Of a stretch of 64,000 nucleotides of DNA, positions 50,578 through 59,431 are shown piece after piece (positions within the stretch are counted from its first letter, which is position 1; each line of letters starts with the position of its first letter). Where the stretch lies: positions 34,127 through 98,126 of the forward strand of contig CANRJD010000001.1 of assembly GCA_947630815.1 (NCBI GenBank), given 5' to 3'. The notes under the pieces are model-generated. The model did no database searches. It was given only the letters and a program-made list of their open reading frames with translations, and was not told where the DNA came from. A program made the translations under genes and the position numbers. This DNA comes from an uncultured Akkermansia sp. Its GTDB lineage: Bacteria > Verrucomicrobiota > Verrucomicrobiia > Verrucomicrobiales > Akkermansiaceae.

Positions 50578-51206
50578 ATATCTTTCTCACAGGCCAAAAG
50601 AGCTTTGGCAAGGCGGTTTTCCTTGCCCTGCGTGAAGACGGGCACAACATCGTGGGCGTGGCACCGGCACCGCCCAAGAAGTATTACGACAAGCTCCATG
50701 GTATTGCCCTCCGTTACAATGTGCCGGTGGTATGTGATGCGGGTCGTCTCACGTCTGACCATATCCCCGAGGAAACAGACTTGATTGTAGCGGCCCATTC
50801 CCATTGGTTCGTATCCGACCAGGCTGTGAAGAAAGCACGCCTTGGGGCCATCGGATACCACCCGTCCTTGTTACCGCGCCACCGCGGACGCGATGCCGTC
50901 CGTTGGACCGTGGCCTGCGGGGACCCAATTACCGGTGGCAGCATCTACCGTTTGAACGATAAAGTGGACGGCGGCAATATCCTCATGCAGAGCCTGCAAT
51001 TCGTCGATAGAAACTGGGGCCATCATGAGCTATGGAAACAGCTGTTTCCTGCCGGTGTCAAGCTGGTTAGAGATAGCGTCAGGCTATTAGCCACCGAGGG
51101 ATTTGTGGAAGGCGCTCCTCAGGATGAACGCTTTGCCACGTGGGAGCCTCCCTTTGATCCCTCGGCCCGCTTGTTCAGGCCCGAGTTATTACAGTTGCCC
51201 CAGTAG
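50574..51206 (+). CDS. Formyltransferase (Fmt/PurN N-terminal domain)
   Basis: GYHPSLLPRHRG, TGGSIY, VDGGNI; ATGA overlap with the upstream gene. Confidence 0.88.
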   Translation: MNIFLTGQKSFGKAVFLALREDGHNIVGVAPAPPKKYYDKLHGIALRYNVPVVCDAGRLTSDHIPEETDLIVAAHSHWFVSDQAVKKARLGAIGYHPSLLPRHRGRDAVRWTVACGDPITGGSIYRLNDKVDGGNILMQSLQFVDRNWGHHELWKQLFPAGVKLVRDSVRLLATEGFVEGAPQDERFATWEPPFDPSARLFRPELLQLPQ

Positions 51207-51290
51207 GAAGGAATGTTTATAACTGCTTAACGGCTTAAGCTATCTCATTATAATCAATTCTCTGCAGCTTTTTGACACCCGCTTTGTGGT

Positions 51291-51488
51291 ATGTTCACAT
51301 ATATTTTCAACCGACTGAAGGAACGCTCCACGTGGCTGGGTATCATCGCACTTGCCACGGCTTGCGGCGTGACGATTGAGTCCCTTCTTGCTGAACAGAT
51401 TATCGCCGCGGGTATGGCCCTTGCCGGTATCGTCAGCATCATGACCAAGGACGGCACCGACAAATCTACCGAGGAAAAGGAGAGCTAA
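51291..51488 (+). CDS. Holin-like small membrane protein
   Basis: RLKERSTWLG plus two TM segments and a charged tail; precedes the endolysin. Confidence 0.7.
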   Translation: MFTYIFNRLKERSTWLGIIALATACGVTIESLLAEQIIAAGMALAGIVSIMTKDGTDKSTEEKES

Positions 51489-51492
51489 TCTA

Positions 51493-52080
51493 ATGACCAT
51501 CAGCGAAATCCAGACTGATACGTGCTTCTGGCAGCGAATGCTGCGCCTTGCCGAGTACTACATGGGCAAGGTTGACGGCATTATGGGGCCTTTAACACGC
51601 GCAGCCGAGGCCAAGTGGTTGACCGCTGCGCAGCTTGCCGCCAAAGAATACGGCACCTACGACGGCCGCTCCGAGGCCGTTATTGCCACGCTGTTACCGC
51701 AGGCGCAGGTTTTGGCACGCAAGTGGATGTCCGCCGCCACAAAGGAGGCGGCGCGTCAGAGGGTATGCGTTAAGCTGATTGAAGGAACCCGCAGCTATAA
51801 GGAGCAGAATCGCCTGTATGCCAAGCGTCCCAAGGTTACCAATGCCCGAGGGGGAAGCTCATGGCATAACTTCGGGCTCGCTTTCGATTTTGGCGTGTTT
51901 TCTGAGGACGGCAAGAAGTATTACGGGGAAAGCACTCTCTACAAGGTGCTCGGCAATCTGGCTACGGCCATCCCCGGTGCCACGTGGGGCGGCACTTGGA
52001 CTAGTCTTGTGGACGAACCCCACATTCAACTGTCCATGTTTAACACCATCAAGGCCGCCCGCGAGGCCTTCGAGCAATAA
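51493..52080 (+). CDS. Endolysin, M15 family peptidase
   Basis: EGTRS..EQ..LY, SWHNFGLAFD, WGG.W...DEPH. Confidence 0.88.
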   Translation: MTISEIQTDTCFWQRMLRLAEYYMGKVDGIMGPLTRAAEAKWLTAAQLAAKEYGTYDGRSEAVIATLLPQAQVLARKWMSAATKEAARQRVCVKLIEGTRSYKEQNRLYAKRPKVTNARGGSSWHNFGLAFDFGVFSEDGKKYYGESTLYKVLGNLATAIPGATWGGTWTSLVDEPHIQLSMFNTIKAAREAFEQ

Positions 52081-52092
52081 TTCATCGCACCT

Positions 52093-52356
52093 GTGGCAAA
52101 AGGGGTATTCATCACAGGTTTTACCGCCGAAGAGGTCAAGGGCATACAGGCCAAAGCAAAAGCCCTCTTAATGGAGGGTAAGACCATCATGTCTTGGACA
52201 GACGGTGGCGGCACGTCTGTCACGAAGCAGTTGGTCATGCCGGTTGCTGAAGTGCTGGAGGAGTGTGCCTATGCATTACGCCGCCTCGAACCCGCCAACA
52301 CCACCGGTGCCGCATTGGCCCCAGGGTCATTTGTATCCTACCGCTTCCCATTATGA
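52093..52356 (+). CDS. Head-completion protein (gpW-like position)
   Basis: Small ORF coupled to the portal. Confidence 0.55.
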   Translation: MAKGVFITGFTAEEVKGIQAKAKALLMEGKTIMSWTDGGGTSVTKQLVMPVAEVLEECAYALRRLEPANTTGAALAPGSFVSYRFPL

Positions 52357-53765
52357 ATGCTTTTCAGAGATTAGCCGCAAGGCTGTTTTTCGGCGTGAAT
52401 TCCACCTATGAATCCGCTAACCGTTCTCCACGTCGTGCGCAGGTCCCTGGCTCTGCTCCACGCGACGCTACGCTTGATTTGACGCCTAGTGTTCGATCGG
52501 AGCTGGTTCGCCGCTCTCGATACTTGGTGCGCAATTCCGGTTTCATCCGTGAAATCGTCGGCAGCATGGCCCTGTACTCGGTGGGGGACGGTCTCAAGCC
52601 TCAGGCCGAAAGTATCGACCACGCATGGAACCGCAAGGCCGAAGCCTACTTCAACCTCTGGAGCCGCCATGCAGAACTGACCGGCCGCTTCAACCTGACG
52701 CAATGCGAGCACCTCATTTGCAGGGCCGTCGATACAGACGGCGAGATATTCATTCACAAGGTGATGAAGGACAACGCGCCAAAAATCCAGTTGATAGAAG
52801 CTCACCGCATCGGTGATTATTCCGATACGGATAGCTTTGTTGACGGGGTGAAGCAAGATGCCGACGGCAGTCCAGTTGCCTATCGTCTTATCAGGGACGA
52901 CGGCACACACGTGGACTTGCCCGCGGAACACGTGCTGCACGTATACGACCCGGATTCACCGTCGCAGGTGCGCGGGTGCCCCAGCTTGCAGCACTCCATT
53001 AACCACATCATCGATGAAATGGAGCTGCTGGCGCTAGAGAAGCATGCTGTGAAGGATAACGCTGACATAACACGTGTTCTGACTACCGCTCGCGACGATG
53101 CCGAGGACGGTGATTTTCAGTTGAGTGCAGTACGCCTCGCTGACGGCTCCGATACTTCATGGCTTCAGCGCATCCTTGGTGGCAAGCTGGTGAAGATTCA
53201 ACCGGGAGAAGATATCAAGCCCTTTGAGAGTTCACGCCCGAGCCCCACATTTACCGGCTTTCTTGACCACCTGCGCCGCGATTCCGCATTGGGCATGCTT
53301 CCGTTTGAATTCGCCGCGGATTCATCCAAGCTGGCCGGGTCCGGTGTCCGTCTGACGGTGGCTAAGGCTGACCGCCGCTTTTCATACCGCCAGACGCTTC
53401 TCATTGACCGCATGCTGCGACCGCTTTGGCTGTGGGTGATTGGGCATGCTATTACCACGGGCAAGCTCGAAGCGGTAGAGAATTGGACAGAAGTGAACTT
53501 CACCACGCCCCGCCGTGTCACTGTGGATGCCGGACGTGAAGCCATGCAAAATCGCGCTGACGTACAGGCCGGACTCAAGACGCTCAGCGACCACTTTGCC
53601 GAACTGGGTATGGATTTCCATGAGGAAATTGAGAACCGCGCCCGGGAGATGCACCATATTAAAGAAACTGCCGCGAAATACGGCATTCCCCCGCAGTTGC
53701 TCTTCGACTCTTTCAAGGTTGCAATGACAACTTCTGCCTCATCTGACACCCAAAAAACGCCATGA
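52353..53765 (+). CDS. Portal protein (lambda family)
   Basis: LVRRSRYL.RN, VGDG, DGEIF, QVRG.P, VD..RE. Confidence 0.9.
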   Translation: MNAFQRLAARLFFGVNSTYESANRSPRRAQVPGSAPRDATLDLTPSVRSELVRRSRYLVRNSGFIREIVGSMALYSVGDGLKPQAESIDHAWNRKAEAYFNLWSRHAELTGRFNLTQCEHLICRAVDTDGEIFIHKVMKDNAPKIQLIEAHRIGDYSDTDSFVDGVKQDADGSPVAYRLIRDDGTHVDLPAEHVLHVYDPDSPSQVRGCPSLQHSINHIIDEMELLALEKHAVKDNADITRVLTTARDDAEDGDFQLSAVRLADGSDTSWLQRILGGKLVKIQPGEDIKPFESSRPSPTFTGFLDHLRRDSALGMLPFEFAADSSKLAGSGVRLTVAKADRRFSYRQTLLIDRMLRPLWLWVIGHAITTGKLEAVENWTEVNFTTPRRVTVDAGREAMQNRADVQAGLKTLSDHFAELGMDFHEEIENRAREMHHIKETAAKYGIPPQLLFDSFKVAMTTSASSDTQKTP

Positions 53766-54574
53766 TTGATTACCTTGTTCAAGAACGCCTGTGGCTTATG
53801 GAGCCGGAAGCCTATTTGCGCCTTGCCGCGCTCCCATGCTTGGCAAGCATGCCCCAGCTATCCGCGCAAGGAGATATTGAGTGCCGCTACGAGCAGCAAG
53901 GCTCTTTAGCTACTGTGCCTATCCGTGGCAAAATGCTTCGCCGCGCTACGGATGCTGAGAGGGCGATTCTCCACGCCTACGGCTTGGAGTACACTGAGAT
54001 GGAAAAGGCTGCAAAAGTCCTTCAAAAGCTCGCGGATGATCCGTCTGTGAGCGTTGTACTCCTCGATATAGATTCTCCCGGTGGCACAGTCAACGGAACG
54101 CCGGAATTGGCTCATGCCGTGCGCTCCCTTTCCAAGCAGAAGTTTGTGTATGCCTACACCGCCGGGCTGGCGTGTTCTGCTGCCTACTGGGTGGCTTCAC
54201 AGTGCGATGGTATTTACGCCGCGCCCTCGGCTCGCGTGGGGAGTATCGGAGTGCTGATGCCCCTGATTGACTCGTCGGAAGCCCTTTCACAGCGCGGCGT
54301 GAAGCTCGATGTCTTTGCTGCAGGTAAGTACAAAAGCACAGGAACGCCTGGAACCTCCCTGACGGATGAACAGCGTGATCTCCTCCAACAGCAAGTGAAT
54401 GACACATGGGCGGAGTTCAAAGCCGCTGTCATTCACCGCCGCCGAATGATAAGCGCAGAGTACATGGAGGGGCAGACGTTTACGGGCAAAGAGGCCCGGA
54501 ACATTGGGCTTGTAGATGCCTGTGCCGACTCACTCGCCGCCGTTCAGCAAAAACTATTAGCTAGGCACAGGTAA
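53762..54574 (+). CDS. S49-family head maturation protease
   Basis: IDSPGG, CSAAYW, VGSIGV, AGKYK. Confidence 0.92.
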   Translation: MIDYLVQERLWLMEPEAYLRLAALPCLASMPQLSAQGDIECRYEQQGSLATVPIRGKMLRRATDAERAILHAYGLEYTEMEKAAKVLQKLADDPSVSVVLLDIDSPGGTVNGTPELAHAVRSLSKQKFVYAYTAGLACSAAYWVASQCDGIYAAPSARVGSIGVLMPLIDSSEALSQRGVKLDVFAAGKYKSTGTPGTSLTDEQRDLLQQQVNDTWAEFKAAVIHRRRMISAEYMEGQTFTGKEARNIGLVDACADSLAAVQQKLLARHR

Positions 54575-55342
54575 ACCCATATTTAGGAAAAGAATTAATC
54601 TTTCTATGTAATAGGATTTTAGACAATGAATCAAACCAGATGAGGAGACTCCATGCTGTATCATGCCGATTAAGCAAGGGTATCCGTCATCTAGTATAGT
54701 AAACACCCCTCCTCCGCTTATTCCATCGGTAGAGAACTCATCTGAACTATGCGGTGTATCAACTAATCCCGAAGAGTCAAATTTTACCTTCAGCAAGTGA
54801 GAAGAATATTTATCCACTGAAATTAGCCCTACGCGAGTTATTCGATGTTGGTGTACAATACGGTTTTCCTCATCGGTATTTCCCCCAAATCTATTGGGAT
54901 AACCAGAAATACCTACTAGCCCACCGCGTGATAAAGCGGCGTCCTTGAATAATCCAAGAGAAGGTAATTTACTTGCAGAAGTATATAACAAGGTGTAATC
55001 ATCGGGCAAAACTTCCTTCAATTTGTATATGACAAGGTCATCCTCATCTCTGATTTCATTTGGATTGTATTGGGGTAAATGGATAATTTTCCACTGAGCG
55101 TTGATAATCTTTTTATTAAGGAAGTATATATTCATTGCGTCAAACTCCTCTCTAAGCCCTTTCATGAGGTTAGCTTTGTCATGAAAAGTGTGTTTGCAGC
55201 ATACCAGATATATTTCGTTTTTGTATAAGGTGATGCACCCGCTCCCGTGGTGTTCTATTCCATATTCGCCATGGTTAAAACCTAGCATCACAACGGATTG
55301 GGACATTCGCCTTAACTCATCGTCTGTATACTTTACTTTCAT
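54557..55342 (-). CDS. Trypsin-like serine protease (low-GC moron)
   Basis: CCKH (His), DDL (Asp), GYP, GISGGGVF (Ser). Confidence 0.7.
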   Translation of the reverse strand: MKVKYTDDELRRMSQSVVMLGFNHGEYGIEHHGSGCITLYKNEIYLVCCKHTFHDKANLMKGLREEFDAMNIYFLNKKIINAQWKIIHLPQYNPNEIRDEDDLVIYKLKEVLPDDYTLLYTSASKLPSLGLFKDAALSRGGLVGISGYPNRFGGNTDEENRIVHQHRITRVGLISVDKYSSHLLKVKFDSSGLVDTPHSSDEFSTDGISGGGVFTILDDGYPCLIGMIQHGVSSSGLIHCLKSYYIERLILFLNMGLPVPS

Positions 55343-55402
55343 ATACCCCTATTATACCACACTTTTTCGGCTAGGAGTGATTTTTGACACCTCCCTCAAA
55401 AT

Positions 55403-55831
55403 ATGGATACCATAGACGAACAACTCGACAATGCTGTAGCTAAAGTCAACGACCTCACAGGGCAGTTGGCTGCTGCTCAGGAGAACTTAGAGACAGTCAC
55501 GGCAGAGAAAGCAACGCTGGAAGCGATCAATGCTGAGCTGACGGACAACCTCACGGCGGCGAAGGACAAGCTCGCTACTCAGGAGGTGGAATTGCACGAA
55601 GCCCACGCACAGATTGAGCGGCTCAAAGCTGACGCAAAGTCTGCCGAGCAGCGCGCTGCTGAGTTTTACGGCGCGAGCGCAGGGCGATCCGAGGCAGTCA
55701 CCCCCAAAGGAGATCCGCCCACGCTACCGGTTGCGGAGAGATTCAAGGCTCTCCAGTCGCCCTCCGAACAAACTCTCTTTATCCGCTCCCTTTCTCAAGC
55801 AGAGAGGGCTGAACTTTTCGCTAACTTCTAA
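55403..55831 (+). CDS. Coiled-coil scaffold-like protein
   Basis: Heptad-rich; immediately upstream of the capsid gene. Confidence 0.6.
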   Translation: MDTIDEQLDNAVAKVNDLTGQLAAAQENLETVTAEKATLEAINAELTDNLTAAKDKLATQEVELHEAHAQIERLKADAKSAEQRAAEFYGASAGRSEAVTPKGDPPTLPVAERFKALQSPSEQTLFIRSLSQAERAELFANF

Positions 55832-55851
55832 CCACCCACCTACAGACAATT

Positions 55852-56757
55852 ATGGCCAATACCATCACCGACCTCAAAGACGTGCGGATTTCGCAAGCCG
55901 CCCTCATGCCGTGGATGACGGAGCTTCTTCCGCTCACTGCATTCAGTACGAACTTCTCACCGGACGCGGCAGACAAGCTGGACACCATTAAAGTGCCCGT
56001 CATCGGCATGCCCTCCGCTTCCTCGGATTATGAGGGCGACTATACGGCAAACTCGGACAGTGAAGCAAGCTCTGTTCCTGTTGTCCTCAATCGCCACAAG
56101 TACAAGACTGTGCACTTGACTGCCAAGGAAGCCGCCACCACGGCTATCCCACTGTTGGAGAAGCTCGTGACCACGGCAGCTCAGCAACTTGCCATTGACG
56201 TGATGACGGACATCTTCTCCTGCATCACGGCGGCGAACTACGGCTCTCCCGCCATTCCTGCACTTCCCGCTGAGGAGTTCAACTACAAGACCATCATCAA
56301 GATACGCGAAGCCTGTGCCGCAGGTAAAATGCCGCAAGACCAGCGTTCTCTGATTCTGGATAACTCGTTCTTCTCTTCGCTGCTTGCCGATGACATTGTG
56401 GCAAAGTCGTATATCACGCCCTTGGCTCAGTCTGGCGTGGTAGATGCCAAGATCAACCGCATTGCCGGGTTCAGTCTCTACGAGACAAACTGCATCCCGG
56501 ACAATGAGGAGAATCTTGTTGGCTTTGCCGCCCATCCGTCCTCGCTTGCTATCGCCATGCGCTACCTCACCCCAATAGCCAACTACGATGAAGCGGGAGC
56601 AGTTACCGATCCTGTTACCGGGCTGACTTTCGGCTATCTGCGCTACACCGACACCAAGAGCAATAAGGTATATATCACCCTTGAAGCTCTGTATGGTTAC
56701 TCGGTAGTTCGCTCGGCCGGATTGAAACGTATTGTCACGACCGATTCTGCCGAGTGA
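55852..56757 (+). CDS. Major capsid protein
   Basis: MANTIT, DTIKVP, R.LILD, IAGF..YE, EALYG; size and position. Confidence 0.8.
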   Translation: MANTITDLKDVRISQAALMPWMTELLPLTAFSTNFSPDAADKLDTIKVPVIGMPSASSDYEGDYTANSDSEASSVPVVLNRHKYKTVHLTAKEAATTAIPLLEKLVTTAAQQLAIDVMTDIFSCITAANYGSPAIPALPAEEFNYKTIIKIREACAAGKMPQDQRSLILDNSFFSSLLADDIVAKSYITPLAQSGVVDAKINRIAGFSLYETNCIPDNEENLVGFAAHPSSLAIAMRYLTPIANYDEAGAVTDPVTGLTFGYLRYTDTKSNKVYITLEALYGYSVVRSAGLKRIVTTDSAE

Positions 56758-56764
56758 TTCCGTC

Positions 56765-57067
56765 ATGTCGCTGAGTGATGAAATGACCAGGGACTTTCTC
56801 GCACTTCGTGAGGAAGTTCCTGTTTTCCTTTCCTGCGGAGATGCTTTTTGTATGGTGCTAGTCTCGCAGGACTCGCGCTCTCATGACCTCGCGCTTGGCG
56901 GCTTTTCTCCAAAGCGCAGTATCAGTGTGAGAGCGTTGCGAGCCGAGCTACCCGATAATCTCAAGGAGGGGGCGCTTGCGCTGGTGGATGGCATTTCCTA
57001 TCGCGTGGGAAACATCGCCATTCGCCCCGGTCTACCCATAGTTTCTCTCGAACTGACAGAGCCATGA
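56765..57067 (+). CDS. Head-tail joining protein
   Basis: Position; GGF...VDGISYRV. Confidence 0.6.
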   Translation: MSLSDEMTRDFLALREEVPVFLSCGDAFCMVLVSQDSRSHDLALGGFSPKRSISVRALRAELPDNLKEGALALVDGISYRVGNIAIRPGLPIVSLELTEP

Positions 57068-57612
57068 TTTCGGTGAACATTAAAGATGATGAACTCGACC
57101 GAAAGGTAGCCGCATGGGCTGTTGTCAGTGGCAAAGGACTCGAAGGAGCCGTGCGGGAGGTCGCCGGGCGTTTTGTGCGAGCCGCAATTCGCAACACGCC
57201 GCCAATGATCGCCCGCAGCTCCCCTGCGCAGGCCAAGCGTGAGTGGACGGCGCGTGTGGTGGCAAACTATGAAAAAAAGCCCTATGTGCGCGGTCAATGG
57301 CTCTCCAAGGCTGAAATGCGGCGCGAGCTGGCGGCAAAAAAGAAGCAACTCGGTCGAGAAGCTGCTGGGTGGAATCAGGCGGCGGCAGAGCTGAATATCA
57401 AGCCCCCGGCATGGGTGAAGCGTCACTCTGGTGAAGGTGCGTGTCGCTTTGTTTCTCGGGACAGCTCGTACAGTATCTCGGTTTGCAACTCCGTTCCTTA
57501 TGGGCAAGACCTATTGCGGCACAGGGCCGATTTTACCCTGCGCTCAGTCAAGGCCGGGCTGGATGGCTCGCTACGGGCGATGAAGAAAAAACTTCTGCGT
57601 AGTACGAGATGA
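57064..57612 (+). CDS. Neck/tail completion-like protein
   Basis: RNTPP...NSVPY; position. Confidence 0.55.
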   Translation: MISVNIKDDELDRKVAAWAVVSGKGLEGAVREVAGRFVRAAIRNTPPMIARSSPAQAKREWTARVVANYEKKPYVRGQWLSKAEMRRELAAKKKQLGREAAGWNQAAAELNIKPPAWVKRHSGEGACRFVSRDSSYSISVCNSVPYGQDLLRHRADFTLRSVKAGLDGSLRAMKKKLLRSTR

Positions 57613-58004
57613 AAACACACTCCGTCAATGAGACCCTGCGATTCTGTCTGGGCAAGGCATTCCCCAAATTAGCTATCCAAACACCTCTCAATGCGGAGGA
57701 ATTATCGCTTCCCTATATCTTGCTATCCAGCACAGCTGAAGAGGAGTGTATTACGCGTAATAGCACTTGGCGATTCTCCCTCTCCGTGGAGATTCACACA
57801 TCTGCCTACGGTACGCCGGACACGGAGGGTCGCAGGCTGGCAACACTCGTGCTTCAGTACCTCGCCATGTGTACCGGTGACCTCAACAAAGTCGCTGAGG
57901 ATTTCTACGTTTACTCCGTCCAGCTGGAAAGCGTAGACGAACCACAGGTGCAGGAAACTGACTTTATCCAACGTGCCACTTTCCGTCTCATCATTCAATT
58001 TTGA
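57609..58004 (+). CDS. Tail terminator-like protein
   Basis: LPYI...; position before the tail tube. Confidence 0.5.
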   Translation: MKTHSVNETLRFCLGKAFPKLAIQTPLNAEELSLPYILLSSTAEEECITRNSTWRFSLSVEIHTSAYGTPDTEGRRLATLVLQYLAMCTGDLNKVAEDFYVYSVQLESVDEPQVQETDFIQRATFRLIIQF

Positions 58005-58019
58005 CATCCCTCTCAAATT

Positions 58020-58382
58020 ATGGCAACTATCATTGGAACAGTCGGCGTTTTTGGTTTTGAGGAAGATCAACAGGGTATTCTTCTGGAGTCGCAGGACATA
58101 GACTATAAGCCCGATAGCAAGGTGCAACGTGACTATCGCGGCGTTAAAGTCGGCATTATTTTTTATGATGACCAGACGGACGTGAGCATGAAGGGGTATA
58201 TCCCTCGCGAAAATCCTACCGATATTAAGGTGGCTCAGACGCTCACGCTTGCGAATGCTGCACCGGATCACGGCATGAGTACGGTGTCATCTGGAACTAA
58301 CGTGGTGACTGGGATCAAGATCGGTCTCAAGAATGAGGATTTAGCGAGCTTTGAAGTTTCCTCCACCATCTATGACTTCTGA
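58020..58382 (+). CDS. Probable tail tube protein
   Basis: Beta-rich 120 aa; position. Confidence 0.5.
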   Translation: MATIIGTVGVFGFEEDQQGILLESQDIDYKPDSKVQRDYRGVKVGIIFYDDQTDVSMKGYIPRENPTDIKVAQTLTLANAAPDHGMSTVSSGTNVVTGIKIGLKNEDLASFEVSSTIYDF

Positions 58383-58794
58383 TGCCCTCAATTTTATCCG
58401 CTCTGGGGATAGTGACTTGGAGTCTCTCATGTTGGCTGCTTGCTTAACTGCGTTGGGGATACCATTCAGCGAACGCCCGGCATTCAAGGTGAGCGGAGAC
58501 ACCGCCCCTGTTGTGAACTGGCTCTTTGACGAAGCGTCTACCGATGGCAAACACAAGGCGTCGGAGATGATTTCCCGGTGGAATGACAAAGCGTGGATTA
58601 CGCGCGAAGATAATGAACACCACCTCGCCTACATGGCGGCAGCTATGCGAAATCTCAAAACTCTCATTCAGCATCATATTGGACAAGCTCCCAATGTGGA
58701 GTTGGTTAAGAAAGGCAACAAAACACTCATCATTCCTGAGGGGGTTCCCGAAGCTCAGCTTGGACTCCTTATCCGTAAATTCACACGTTCCTAA
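58372..58794 (+). CDS. Hypothetical phage protein
   Basis: LAACLTALGIP; in the tail operon. Confidence 0.6.
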   Translation: MTSDALNFIRSGDSDLESLMLAACLTALGIPFSERPAFKVSGDTAPVVNWLFDEASTDGKHKASEMISRWNDKAWITREDNEHHLAYMAAAMRNLKTLIQHHIGQAPNVELVKKGNKTLIIPEGVPEAQLGLLIRKFTRS

Positions 58795-58799
58795 ACACC

Positions 58800-59213
58800 A
58801 TGGCTATCAACATTCAGACACGCGAAAATATGAACGCTCGCTCTATGCTGGCTCCTGAAAGCACAGGCATCGCTGGGCTTACTCTGCGCCCCATTTCACT
58901 TGGCTCTATGGAGCTGCTACGGCAGGTAAACAACCCTCTTGCCACAGGCGACACAGAGGTGGAGATCGATTCGCACACGCTTGCCGAGTTTATCTGGATT
59001 CATGCTGCACCCTTAGACGAAATCATGGAAACGGTCTATGATTACCCCTCTCAGGTGGGTAAAAAGGTGACGCTGTTTTGCATGAACATTTCCCCTACAG
59101 ACATATCCAAGGTGGCGGCGAGCTTGGCAGGTGACCGAGCGGCAGTCATTGCTGCATCTGCCCGGCCACTCAATGAAGGAAATGAAAGCCCAAACGCGCC
59201 AACCCATCCTTGA
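58800..59213 (+). CDS. Tail assembly chaperone (gpG-like)
   Basis: Position; slippery C CCA AAC at 59189-59195. Confidence 0.65.
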   Translation: MAINIQTRENMNARSMLAPESTGIAGLTLRPISLGSMELLRQVNNPLATGDTEVEIDSHTLAEFIWIHAAPLDEIMETVYDYPSQVGKKVTLFCMNISPTDISKVAASLAGDRAAVIAASARPLNEGNESPNAPTHP

Positions 59214-59431
59214 CCGCAACAGTAGTTTTTACTATTGCACGCGCCACAGGATGGGCTGAAGAAAAAATCCTATGGATGCCGCTTAGGAAGTGTCTGCAAT
59301 ACCTCCACGCCGCTTGGATATCCGAAGGGGTGAATACGGATTGGAACGTGTTGACCGAGGTCGAGCAACACGAGGCATTAGCCCTGTACGACCGATTGAA
59401 ACATTTGGCTGCAAAAGTTCAACATGGCTGA
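59189..59431 (+). CDS. gpT-like -1 frameshift extension
   Basis: -1 frame open from the slip site; IARATGW....I..MPL. Confidence 0.6.
   Translation, partial: PKRANPSLTATVVFTIARATGWAEEKILWMPLRKCLQYLHAAWISEGVNTDWNVLTEVEQHEALALYDRLKHLAAKVQHG

Noticed and set aside
50574-51206. Housekeeping fmt
   Set aside because: Only 210 aa, lacks the C-terminal domain, phage operon context
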